A stretch of 64,000 nucleotides of DNA from the sequence record MH517022.1. One strand, 5' to 3'. Shown here one piece after another: positions 56,170 to 64,000 of the stretch. The DNA comes from Acinetobacter phage SH-Ab 15599. Under the pieces are notes generated by a model. The model ran no database searches. It saw only the letters and a program-made list of their open reading frames with translations, and had not been told where the DNA came from. The first letter of the stretch is position 1. Every line of letters begins with the position of its first letter. A program made the translations under genes and the position numbers.

Positions 56170-57195
56170 TCAATAAGATTCGTTCGGATCATCGTTGGCG
56201 TCTCTGACTAAACGCAACAACTCAACGAATTGTAGTTCTATTACTACAGACTGAGGAATATATTCGCCCTCTGGACTCTTGATAATACTCATGCCACCGT
56301 TAGGGGTTCTGTTCACATTGATGTTAGTCAACGCACAAGTCTGAAGTTTTGTCCAATATTTTGAACGTTTACCACTCTTAGCATCAACAAAGCTGATGTC
56401 AAATGTGTAAGGTGCTCTGAAGTATGAACCATTATCAGTTCCGTTGACCCAAAGCTCAGGTAGAGAAGCTTGCTTCAGCCTATGGATCAACAACTGCATT
56501 GTTTCAGCTTCTTGTAGATTTCTAGGCGTTAATGTAAACTGAAAGGGAATCATACGGTTGTTTACATTAGAGAACAACATCTCAGTAAAGTCATTGGCTC
56601 TGATACCTGCCATTAACTCAACATAACGTTTAGCGCCATCAGCAACCTTTGAGAGATTGCTGCCCTTTCTACCAGCAACCTTTGCTAAAACAGAAGGAGC
56701 AGCAGCTGCTACTTGTTGCCCAGCCCCTGCATAATCGCCTTGAACAACTGACTGTACAAGCTCTGCATTGCGGGCTAATGCACCAAACTCAGTCTGAGAC
56801 CAACCGACGTTTAAGTTTTCAATCCACTGATCAGGTGGAGGTAGTACAATGGATTGACCCGTCTTTCTGTAACCAGGCAATGATGAACGCACAGAACCAG
56901 CGTTGGTAGAATTACCTTTCTTCTGCATCTCAACTTCAGTATTTTCAACACCTGTTGTATTTTTAGATGTCAAACTGGATTTGTTGTTTGTCTTAGTTGA
57001 AGCATTATTGGTTGCGTTAGACGAGTCTTTGTTATAGTCAATAGCATTAAGCTCAAACATGACTACCAAACCAGAGTGATCCTCTCTGTTTAACAAATCA
57101 GTCGGCAATACCAATTGATCTTTGATTTTAGATTGGTTGTCATTCTTATCATTTGACAACTGTTGCTTAATTCTTTCTGCTACTGACGTTGCCAT
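56170..57195 (-). CDS. Hypothetical structural protein
   Basis: 341 aa with an S/T/N-rich centre. Confidence 0.4.
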   Translation of the reverse strand: MATSVAERIKQQLSNDKNDNQSKIKDQLVLPTDLLNREDHSGLVVMFELNAIDYNKDSSNATNNASTKTNNKSSLTSKNTTGVENTEVEMQKKGNSTNAGSVRSSLPGYRKTGQSIVLPPPDQWIENLNVGWSQTEFGALARNAELVQSVVQGDYAGAGQQVAAAAPSVLAKVAGRKGSNLSKVADGAKRYVELMAGIRANDFTEMLFSNVNNRMIPFQFTLTPRNLQEAETMQLLIHRLKQASLPELWVNGTDNGSYFRAPYTFDISFVDAKSGKRSKYWTKLQTCALTNINVNRTPNGGMSIIKSPEGEYIPQSVVIELQFVELLRLVRDANDDPNESY

Positions 57196-57694
57196 TGACT
57201 TTCACCTTTGGTTTCTTTGGTTGTCTATACGGTTTGATAGCATTTCTGTTAGGCATGATATGATCTTCAGTCAAGATGATGAAGACTGCTTTTTCAGCTT
57301 CTGCTACCTTCTTAGCCGCAGCCCATTTAGCGCTATTGATCGTCCAAGTCTTCACCTTCTCTTGCCAAGTGAATTCAGATTCCTTTGGCCCCCGTTTAGG
57401 CGGTTGAGTCTCGTGTTTAGGTTTGACTTCAACTAAGAACTTTGTCAACCCATCTTTTGTATTAGACCAAAACACAAAATCAATAATATATCTTCTCATC
57501 TTGCTCGAAGTTGGATCCCAATATGGTATCTCCTTCTCCTCAGATTGCCATCTAAGAATTTCAGGAGTTTCATCAAACCACTTCATGAGAATGCGTTCCC
57601 AAGAACTTCTGAAAACGCAATTAGTGTGATCCCCAATATACTTCTCAGGATGTAAGATTCCATATTTGCCTTGTTGGAATTTTCCCCAAGCCAT
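57167..57694 (-). CDS. PD-(D/E)xK nuclease-fold protein
   Basis: 175 aa. IIDFVFW...FLVEVKPK matches a D...E-x-K core. Confidence 0.35.
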   Translation of the reverse strand: MAWGKFQQGKYGILHPEKYIGDHTNCVFRSSWERILMKWFDETPEILRWQSEEKEIPYWDPTSSKMRRYIIDFVFWSNTKDGLTKFLVEVKPKHETQPPKRGPKESEFTWQEKVKTWTINSAKWAAAKKVAEAEKAVFIILTEDHIMPNRNAIKPYRQPKKPKVKVNGNVSSRKN

Positions 57695-58045
57695 TTACAT
57701 ATCTCCTAGTTCAACCATATCAACAGTTTGTCCAGCTAATGAATGGTGGCAATCGCTCAAGAATTGAATCTTTCCATCTGTCATAAACAAATGACATTGA
57801 TTACTATCGCCTTGATTAACCATTAATGAAGGGGTGAACGTAGGTTTATCAATATCGCCGTTGAAGTTCCAAGTGATAGGATAACGAGCTGGATTGGTAT
57901 GATATGGGTGTAGACGGTCGCACCCAGGGCATCTGAAAAAGTAGATATCCTGAGAACGGTAGAAGAACTTGTTCAACGGCTTCCATTCATGGTCTTCGTC
58001 TTCAATGGTATGATTCATTTCTTCTTCAATAATTTTATGTATCAT
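57695..58045 (-). CDS. Zinc-finger protein
   Basis: 116 aa. CPGCDRLHPYH...C..H pattern. Confidence 0.35.
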   Translation of the reverse strand: MIHKIIEEEMNHTIEDEDHEWKPLNKFFYRSQDIYFFRCPGCDRLHPYHTNPARYPITWNFNGDIDKPTFTPSLMVNQGDSNQCHLFMTDGKIQFLSDCHHSLAGQTVDMVELGDM

Positions 58046-58620
58046 TTCTTGACCACTCCGGCATTCGAATTAGATTTGTCCATTGACTTCAGTTTACGAT
58101 ACTTAAATGTAACTGTGAATGAACCGACAACATCTCTTTCTTCTCGGTTGATCGTTAAATCAGTAACAATGGATGGCCACACTTCCGTAGCAACGCATTT
58201 TCTTACGTCTCTGTCCATTCGGTCTTTCAATATAATTGCGACTTGTTCTGAAACGTAATCGTCGTAAAATCCTACAGTATGATCTTCCTTGAAAATAACC
58301 TCACGCCAAATGGTGAAGAATTTATGTTCAAGCATATCGCCCATACAAATGAATGTAATTGCGAAATCGCCATTTGATTTCTCATATGCCACATAAGCAG
58401 TAAACCCCACATGAATCTCTGAAGCGGCAATAGAAAAACCAGGCAGGTTGGTGTCTCTAGCAGTGAGGTTAATACGGTTTAATATGGGATCATTATTGTA
58501 TTCAGCATTGAATTTATTGAGCACAGCTTCAGGAACAGCCAATTGTACTGAAAATCTGTTAGTGCGCTGCACATCCTTAGTCTTGACTAAGTTGATGAAC
58601 TGCTGTAATTGTTCAGACAT
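58042..58620 (-). CDS. Baseplate/tail-tube-fold structural protein (gp53/gp19-family-like, tentative)
   Basis: 192 aa. N-terminal TNRFSVQL motif typical of tube-initiator proteins. Divergent from the + gene across a late-promoter-like palindrome, as with gene 4 | 53 in T4. Confidence 0.4.
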   Translation of the reverse strand: MSEQLQQFINLVKTKDVQRTNRFSVQLAVPEAVLNKFNAEYNNDPILNRINLTARDTNLPGFSIAASEIHVGFTAYVAYEKSNGDFAITFICMGDMLEHKFFTIWREVIFKEDHTVGFYDDYVSEQVAIILKDRMDRDVRKCVATEVWPSIVTDLTINREERDVVGSFTVTFKYRKLKSMDKSNSNAGVVKK

Positions 58621-58640
58621 GGTATCACCTCAACTTACAC

Positions 58641-58652
58641 ATAAATATTTAT
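58641..58652. promoter_or_regulatory. Palindromic late-promoter-like element ATAAATATTTAT between divergent genes
   Basis: Reads cATAAATA on both strands, about 24-30 nt upstream of both divergent ATGs (58620 minus, 58679 plus). Confidence 0.4.
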
Positions 58653-58678
58653 GCTGGTATTGAAATGGGAGTAAATCA

Positions 58679-59356
58679 ATGGCAACAGCTAAAGAACAAT
58701 TGATGTCGCCTTTGGCTATTACCCGTTATTGGGATAAATTCTTCAAAGCGAATCCATATCAACAGAAGGTTTATAATGACGAAGCCGTTGAATGGTTCAG
58801 AAAACGCGTCTCAAAAGACTTAAAGGTACAAGCTGAAAAGATCATTGATGCAAATTCTGGATATAAAAAGCGTACCCCAAAAGCAACTGCCAGACTATCT
58901 ACCAGTTCATTGTATACATTCGAGTATAAAGCTGAGAGTCCAGGCAGCGATTTAGGATTCTATGATAGATTTCCAATGTGTTTCTTCTTCAATTCATATA
59001 AATCAAAAGAAGGGAAAACAATCATATTAGGATTGAATCTACACTATCTCACCCCTATGCAACGCGCACAATTGTTGAAGGCATTAATGAAAATCAAAAA
59101 TGCCAAAGGTATTGATATGGGCAGACGTTTGAATCTCGAATGGCAAACAATTGTATCAGTTGCTGGTACAAAGATTGCCGAAGCGGCGGTGCATGCCTAC
59201 AGAGCGGATAGATTCCTATCTCATACTGTAGAGGTAGCTCCTGAGGATTACATTGTAGCAGCCTTCCTACGCTCAGAAAGATGGGTTAAACCAGTTTCAG
59301 TTGATCCTGCAGTTCAGTCTCATGTAAGAAGAATGATAAGAAAAGGCGCCAAATAA
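58679..59356 (+). CDS. Hypothetical protein (possibly a head-completion/DNA-end protein of the gp2/gp4 class)
   Basis: 225-aa basic protein. Position is analogous to T4 genes 2/4, divergent from the baseplate genes. Confidence 0.35.
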   Translation: MATAKEQLMSPLAITRYWDKFFKANPYQQKVYNDEAVEWFRKRVSKDLKVQAEKIIDANSGYKKRTPKATARLSTSSLYTFEYKAESPGSDLGFYDRFPMCFFFNSYKSKEGKTIILGLNLHYLTPMQRAQLLKALMKIKNAKGIDMGRRLNLEWQTIVSVAGTKIAEAAVHAYRADRFLSHTVEVAPEDYIVAAFLRSERWVKPVSVDPAVQSHVRRMIRKGAK

Positions 59357-59368
59357 GCGCCTTCTTTT
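59344..59368. terminator. Terminator between convergent genes
   Basis: GGCGCC-AAATAA-GCGCC then TTCTTTT. Confidence 0.45.
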
Positions 59369-59993
59369 AAGCCAATATGCGTTTGGCCTTTTGAGTTTGA
59401 TCAATTATTTCTTGAAATCCATCAACATGTTGTATCCAAGCAGATTGAGGACCAGAAGATAACAATTTGTGTTCTTTCGGGGTTATCTGATTGGTTTGAA
59501 TAAGCATAGCTGGAATACCAGAATTTGCAACATCTTGTAGCACTTTAGGGTTATCATCCACCAATAAGTGATACTGATATTTGCTTTTACAAACGTTGGC
59601 ATCAATTAGTTTCACATCCTGGCCGAAATGTTTTTTCAGGAAATTGAACTTAGAAGTAAAATGACCTGGATAACATACGCTCAAAAAGTAGAAGTCAATA
59701 TTGTTTCTGCGTAACCACTCAACATATTCTTGTGAACCAGACATTGGATCTAAATGGTCGTATAAATCGGCGTTGCTCCAGAAGTCATTGATTTTGTCTT
59801 CATTTACGCCGTAAAGTTCGTTCAAATGTTTATTATAATGACCATCTATTGATTGATATTGAGGTCTGATATAATCTTCTGGATGATTAACCCCCATCCA
59901 TTTTAACCAAGGTTGTAATACGTCAACAACCGTCATATCTACATCTATCGCTACTGTCAAAGACATTTCAAATTTCCCGTAGGTTGTTATCAA
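59367..59993 (-). CDS. HAD-superfamily 5'(3')-deoxyribonucleotidase-like phosphatase
   Basis: 208 aa. N-terminal motif I VAIDVDMTVVD (DxDxT/V). Confidence 0.55.
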   Translation of the reverse strand: MITTYGKFEMSLTVAIDVDMTVVDVLQPWLKWMGVNHPEDYIRPQYQSIDGHYNKHLNELYGVNEDKINDFWSNADLYDHLDPMSGSQEYVEWLRRNNIDFYFLSVCYPGHFTSKFNFLKKHFGQDVKLIDANVCKSKYQYHLLVDDNPKVLQDVANSGIPAMLIQTNQITPKEHKLLSSGPQSAWIQHVDGFQEIIDQTQKAKRILA

Positions 59994-60022
59994 GAATTAA
60001 AAGGGAGTCGCAAGACTCCCTC
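59994..60022 (-). terminator. Terminator after gp32 (minus strand)
   Basis: GGGAGTC-TTGC-GACTCCC then TTTTAATTCTTG on the minus strand. Confidence 0.5.
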
Positions 60023-60027
60023 TTTCA

Positions 60028-61116
60028 TTACGCGTCTTTTAACAGATCGGATAATGCAGCCAAGGTATTCTCTTGTGGATTTGTACCAAGGGCTGGCTCA
60101 TTCGCAGTAGCAGGTTGTGCTTCTGGAGTGGCAGCAGATTGAGCAACGGTATTAGTTGTCGCAGTCGAAGGAGCAGATGCACCCACAGACGGTTGAGCAA
60201 CAGAACCGATTTGATGAGCTGTAGTTGTACTTGTAGTACCAGATGAAGGCGCTTTTGGATTGTAGTCCGCGTCAAAATTCATGGCTTTACAGAATTCAGC
60301 TTTTGCATCATCATAATCTTTAGGGAAATGCTTACGATCCAAGAACTCTTGAAGAGAGTGGGCTTGACGCCAAATTTCTTCAATCTTTTCTTCAGATTCA
60401 GCAATAGGTGTAGCATTAGGTTGCCAAGCGCAAAGATCGAATTTAGGAACCGAAACTTCACGACCATTGAAAGTACGGTTTTCAAAAGTCAATTTAAGTT
60501 CTAAGTTACGACCTTCGAAGGCATCAAACGGATCAAACGGCGCAGCACCAAAAGGCGGCTCGCTTGCTTGATCAATGTATTTACGAATTGCACGACCAAA
60601 TTTGAATAAACGAACAGTACCATTGTTTTCAGGATGATTTAAATCAGAAACAATAAGAATGTTTGCGTAGTAATCTTCACTTGGGATGTAATTTTTCAAT
60701 TCATTTTTACGGCGTTCATAGTCAGGGTGACCTTCACCTAATTTTTTGAGATCGCCCCATAATGGCATAGACCATTCACGGACTGGATCTTCTTCACCGA
60801 AAGTAGCTAAAGAGTTTTTATTATACCATTTATTACTTGGTGTTTTGAAGCTGTGACGCAAGATTTTTACAACTGGAGATAGGTTTTCAGCTAACACTTC
60901 ACCAGCTTCAGCTTTTTCCATATCAACAGCTGGAATAGGAAGAAAACGAATTACAGCGAGAGCTTCATTCTTTGCGTTCTTTTCATATTTCCAGATACGC
61001 GGATCATCATAACTTGGACGCTCGGTTTTCTCCAAAGTTTTTTGGAGTTGAGCCATATTATTGGTTCCACTTTTACGTAAAGCACTAAAATCAATAGCCA
61101 TTTTTTCATTACTCAC
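60028..61116 (-). CDS. 32: Single-stranded DNA-binding protein gp32
   Basis: 362 aa. AVIRFLP and an OB-fold core like T4 gp32, with a long acidic S/T/A-rich C-terminal tail. Confidence 0.7.
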   Translation of the reverse strand: MSNEKMAIDFSALRKSGTNNMAQLQKTLEKTERPSYDDPRIWKYEKNAKNEALAVIRFLPIPAVDMEKAEAGEVLAENLSPVVKILRHSFKTPSNKWYNKNSLATFGEEDPVREWSMPLWGDLKKLGEGHPDYERRKNELKNYIPSEDYYANILIVSDLNHPENNGTVRLFKFGRAIRKYIDQASEPPFGAAPFDPFDAFEGRNLELKLTFENRTFNGREVSVPKFDLCAWQPNATPIAESEEKIEEIWRQAHSLQEFLDRKHFPKDYDDAKAEFCKAMNFDADYNPKAPSSGTTSTTTAHQIGSVAQPSVGASAPSTATTNTVAQSAATPEAQPATANEPALGTNPQENTLAALSDLLKDA

Positions 61117-61221
61117 TTAATATCGCCATTCCTAAAGCGTGGTTGGCGGCCGACCAAAGACGGGTTTGAACCCTCGTGAGAATCTATCATATAGATAAAA
61201 TCCCACGCTATACTTAATCAA

Positions 61222-61485
61222 TTAAAATAATTCTTTCAAAGAGATAGTTGTTTGTTCGACTTTGAGAATCCTTTGCTCAACGCATTCAGCTTCAATCTTG
61301 TCAATGATCAGCTTGGCTACCATATTTTTGACTTTATGATAATCAATCTGATGCTCTTCAACTAACAAAGAGAGGGCTTCAGAATATGTAATGTCTTCAG
61401 CCCATACAAGGTCTTCAACCGCCTTTGAGAATGCCTCAACGCTTCCGAAAGGGTTTTCAGACTCCTCTAATTCCTTCTCAATCAT
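61222..61485 (-). CDS. Small acidic protein
   Basis: 87 aa, acidic. Sits in the 33-59-32 neighbourhood. Confidence 0.35.
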   Translation of the reverse strand: MIEKELEESENPFGSVEAFSKAVEDLVWAEDITYSEALSLLVEEHQIDYHKVKNMVAKLIIDKIEAECVEQRILKVEQTTISLKELF

Positions 61486-61739
61486 TCTGTATACTCCTGA
61501 TTATGAGCTTTTTTAATTCCTTTCACTAGGTCTTTGAAATCTTGAGGAACCTTTTTGTAGTTCAGCTGATCAGATTTGTTTGAAATATGAGAAGAACCGA
61601 TTTTGATATAAATTTCACCCTGACAATTTGCACAAGGCGTTTCAGTTGGTATATTGCGGTCATCCACTTTATGTAATTGAGTGAATTCATTAGTACATGA
61701 CCGACAAGCGTATTGATATAGAGGCATGTCACTTTCCAA
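61482..61739 (-). CDS. Small Zn-ribbon protein
   Basis: 85 aa. CRSC...CANC. Confidence 0.35.
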   Translation of the reverse strand: MESDMPLYQYACRSCTNEFTQLHKVDDRNIPTETPCANCQGEIYIKIGSSHISNKSDQLNYKKVPQDFKDLVKGIKKAHNQEYTE

Positions 61740-62169
61740 TTAGCATATTGTACGTTTCAAGACCGAAATCATCAAATTCCACAATTTGCTCTAATTTGAT
61801 AAACTTTTTGATGATTTCAACGTCATCTTTATTAGTATACTCTAATAAAGCAGAGATATGATTTTTCAACCGTTCTATGTTGATTTCTTTATTCTCCCAT
61901 TGTTCAATATCACGGAAGAATCTTTCAAAATTGAATTTATCAATCATACGCGTTTCACGCACTTTGATATCATCAATAACTTCAGCTACATGCACCAATT
62001 TGTATTCGCGTTCCCCGAAGTAAATGTCCATAAAGGTCTTCATATGAGGAATTTTTGTGAATACAAATCGAGTTCTTGCGGCGCGTTCAGAAGAACCTTC
62101 AACATCATTGATGTATTCCATTACTTCTGAAAACGGGGTAGCATAATCGAGAATAATTTTCTTAGTCAT
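61729..62169 (-). CDS. Possible helicase-loader gp59-like protein (tentative; start set at an internal Met)
   Basis: ORF 61729-62271. The Met at 62169 gives 147 aa without overlapping the upstream gene. Location upstream of gp32 as in T4. Confidence 0.3.
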   Translation of the reverse strand: MTKKIILDYATPFSEVMEYINDVEGSSERAARTRFVFTKIPHMKTFMDIYFGEREYKLVHVAEVIDDIKVRETRMIDKFNFERFFRDIEQWENKEINIERLKNHISALLEYTNKDDVEIIKKFIKLEQIVEFDDFGLETYNMLIGK

Positions 62170-62176
62170 AACAGGC

Positions 62177-62734
62177 TCACATAAACATCTTTTTGGCGGC
62201 TTTCTCATCAAGGCGTACATCACAATGGGCAATTGAATAAGCATCGACCATGTCGTTTTCAGGAGTTTCATATTGTTTAGTCCCTAAAATTTCGTAGAAT
62301 CTAGCGCCATGAACCTGATAGAACTTCTCGCACATCTCAGGCTTCCCTGCATTACCCATTCCAAAGAATGCTTTTTTATTTGTAGTAGGCGGTATGAAGT
62401 TGACTTTGATACCAGCCTCATGAATCTTCATATAGAGGATTCCAGAATGCGCCCCGATATCGTATGTCGCTTGTCCAGAGGTAGAACCCATTGAGAATGA
62501 TTCTAGATTGAGTTCAGTAACACCCTCGGACTTCAGAATGTTTATAGCCCAATCAGCCACGTATATCGCTCTTTCTAGCTTGGAAGCGTACTTGGGGTGA
62601 CGTTTGATACAGATAGTGTCATTATCTTGTACTAGGCGTAAAACCTCTTGGATCAAGTACCACTTCTCACTTCCATCATCGCGTTTGACGTAGATACAAG
62701 GACAAGACATTGAATAATCTATACCAACTTTCAT
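62177..62734 (-). CDS. RuvC/RNase-H-fold resolvase-like protein (tentative)
   Basis: N-terminal MKVGIDYSMSCP resembles the RuvC-family G-I-D start. 186 aa from the Met at 62734. Confidence 0.3.
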   Translation of the reverse strand: MKVGIDYSMSCPCIYVKRDDGSEKWYLIQEVLRLVQDNDTICIKRHPKYASKLERAIYVADWAINILKSEGVTELNLESFSMGSTSGQATYDIGAHSGILYMKIHEAGIKVNFIPPTTNKKAFFGMGNAGKPEMCEKFYQVHGARFYEILGTKQYETPENDMVDAYSIAHCDVRLDEKAAKKMFM

Positions 62735-62742
62735 AACAATTA

Positions 62743-62880
62743 CTCCAAAGGTTCGCCGCAGAATGGGCAACATTCGGTTTTTTCATGGTTGTTATGAAGA
62801 ACGATATATTGCTTCTCACAATTCTGACAATCGTGAGTCTCACGCTGTTCAATATCTTCTTGGTCGTCTAAAATGCTCAT
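62743..62880 (-). CDS. Tiny Zn-ribbon protein (45 aa)
   Basis: MSILDDQEDIEQRETHDCQNCEKQYIVLHNNHEKTECCPFCGEPLE. Confidence 0.3.
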
Positions 62881-62925
62881 TTACAATCTCTTTTGTTTGT
62901 CTATGAACATATAAAGGGGCAAAGA

Positions 62926-62950
62926 AAATCCCGCAATTTGCGGGATTTTT
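62926..62950. terminator. Hairpin terminator
   Basis: AAATCCCGC-AATT-GCGGGATTT flanked by T-runs on both strands. Confidence 0.5.
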
Positions 62951-62963
62951 ATTACAGAATTAG

Positions 62964-63833
62964 TTATTCCGTAGGTTGCGCTACTTCAGCAGGTTGTTCT
63001 GTTTTAGTCTCTTCAGATTGAGCTTGTAACTCTTCAACGGCTTGATCAACAACTACCGTAGCAGCTGGAACTTCATCTGCCTTCGCTTTTTCAGCCGCTT
63101 CAGCTTGCTCAGCAGCCATAACTGCATTTTGAGCATCTTCAATACGCTTCAATGTAGCACGACCTGAAAGATAAGCTGCTTTAGCCGCAATCGCCATAAC
63201 TTGATCTGGATCAGCAACTAACACGTGACGACCTGACTCAGTACGTACTGGGGCAATCATACCAGCAATGTCAAGTTTAAGACCTTTGCGAGATAAACGC
63301 TCTTGCATATTCAAGGCCATTTCTAACACACCAACAGCGTCATCTGCAGGGAAACCAGAAACAAACACAGCATTTTGAATGTATTCAATTTCTTCAGCAG
63401 TTGCTTCAGGGCGCTGTTTTGCTACATCAGAACAATAAGCGAATTGTAATGTAGGATTACCAAATGAAGTAAGAGTATAAGTTCCATCAACGCAATCTAG
63501 TTGAGTATGCATGATGCTACCGTAATCAGTACCGAACTGAATAAAGATTGCTTTTACAACTTCAACAGTATCATTTGGATCAATTTCACCTTCAGCCAAT
63601 TTTACATTTTCTGAAATTGAAACTGGTAAAGGCGCTTCTACTTCTGAAACTTGTACAGTAGGCTCGTCTACTGTTACTTCAACGCCAGAAGCTACTTCAA
63701 CTGAAGGATCTGAAGTTTCAGGTTGAGCAACTTCAGCGGCTTCGGTTTGTTTTGTTGCTTCAGATTGATCCAATTCTACATCTACAACTTCAGCAGCAGT
63801 AATTTCGTTCAATGTTTGAGTTGTCTGTGTCAT
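62964..63833 (-). CDS. Acidic hypothetical protein
   Basis: 289-aa ORF with an E/A/V/T-rich N-terminus. Confidence 0.4.
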   Translation of the reverse strand: MTQTTQTLNEITAAEVVDVELDQSEATKQTEAAEVAQPETSDPSVEVASGVEVTVDEPTVQVSEVEAPLPVSISENVKLAEGEIDPNDTVEVVKAIFIQFGTDYGSIMHTQLDCVDGTYTLTSFGNPTLQFAYCSDVAKQRPEATAEEIEYIQNAVFVSGFPADDAVGVLEMALNMQERLSRKGLKLDIAGMIAPVRTESGRHVLVADPDQVMAIAAKAAYLSGRATLKRIEDAQNAVMAAEQAEAAEKAKADEVPAATVVVDQAVEELQAQSEETKTEQPAEVAQPTE

Positions 63834-63914
63834 TTCATATCTCCAAAATATATTTCTCTCTAACAGATAGGGCTATTATAAACCCTATCTGTCTACCCAA
63901 TAAAAATCAATTAT

Positions 63915-64000
63915 TAGAATTTTTGCCCAAGAGCTAACATTTCATTCAAATCAAATTTACCAACAATCGCGCCGTCAACTTGGTATGAACTCACTTTTGT
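63915..64000 (-). CDS. 3' end of a minus-strand gene continuing beyond the window
   Basis: Open frame from the window edge to a stop at 63915. Confidence 0.3.

Noticed and set aside
62177-62271. 95-nt overlap between the RuvC-like and gp59-like ORFs as evidence of programmed frameshifting
   Set aside because: Both ORFs have in-frame internal Met codons (62734, 62169) that remove the overlap. This is a simple start-codon ambiguity.

Overview
This window reads as a T4-like (Straboviridae-type) myovirus genome segment. Conserved core genes are interleaved with accessory islands. On the + strand (1-26.3 kb) are a bacterial-type RNase HI, the late sigma factor gp55, Mre11/Rad50-like gp47/gp46, primase gp61, rIIA/rIIB, and an SPFH/prohibitin gene among small unknown ORFs. 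Next comes a tRNA island with at least 3 tRNAs (Arg-TCT, Asn-GTT, one tentatively Glu-TTC), a free-standing HNH endonuclease, and about 0.8 kb of ORF-free, structured spacer. Three tandem pairs of paralogous small genes and several tiny Zn-ribbon ORFs follow. From 26.3 kb onward almost everything is on the - strand. The order is terminase gp17/gp16, neck/sheath-completion gp15/gp14/gp13, a 1603-aa structural protein, two paralogous Gly-rich fibre-like proteins (935 and 810 aa) flanking a 133-aa ORF, gp25, and a gp5-like spike split into two proteins. One spike half carries an OB-fold plus CHAP peptidase, the other a GH19-like glycosidase plus beta-helix tail. After these come a dCMP-deaminase-like gene, a P-loop protein, a DinG/XPD-like FeS helicase, a DexA-like DEDDh exonuclease, hub proteins gp29/gp27, a HAD nucleotidase, gp32, a possible gp59, and a RuvC-like protein. 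The gene order differs from T4: gp25 sits next to gp5, fibres lie upstream of the neck/terminase genes, and gp61 lies next to rIIA. The most interesting points are the split dual-lysin spike, the duplicated Gly-rich fibre genes, the tRNA/HNH/ncRNA island, the phage SPFH protein, a ParB-like nuclease transcribed against its neighbours, recurring intergenic sequence motifs, and a palindromic late-promoter-like element. All calls rest on reading the translations and sequence by eye; no searches were run.
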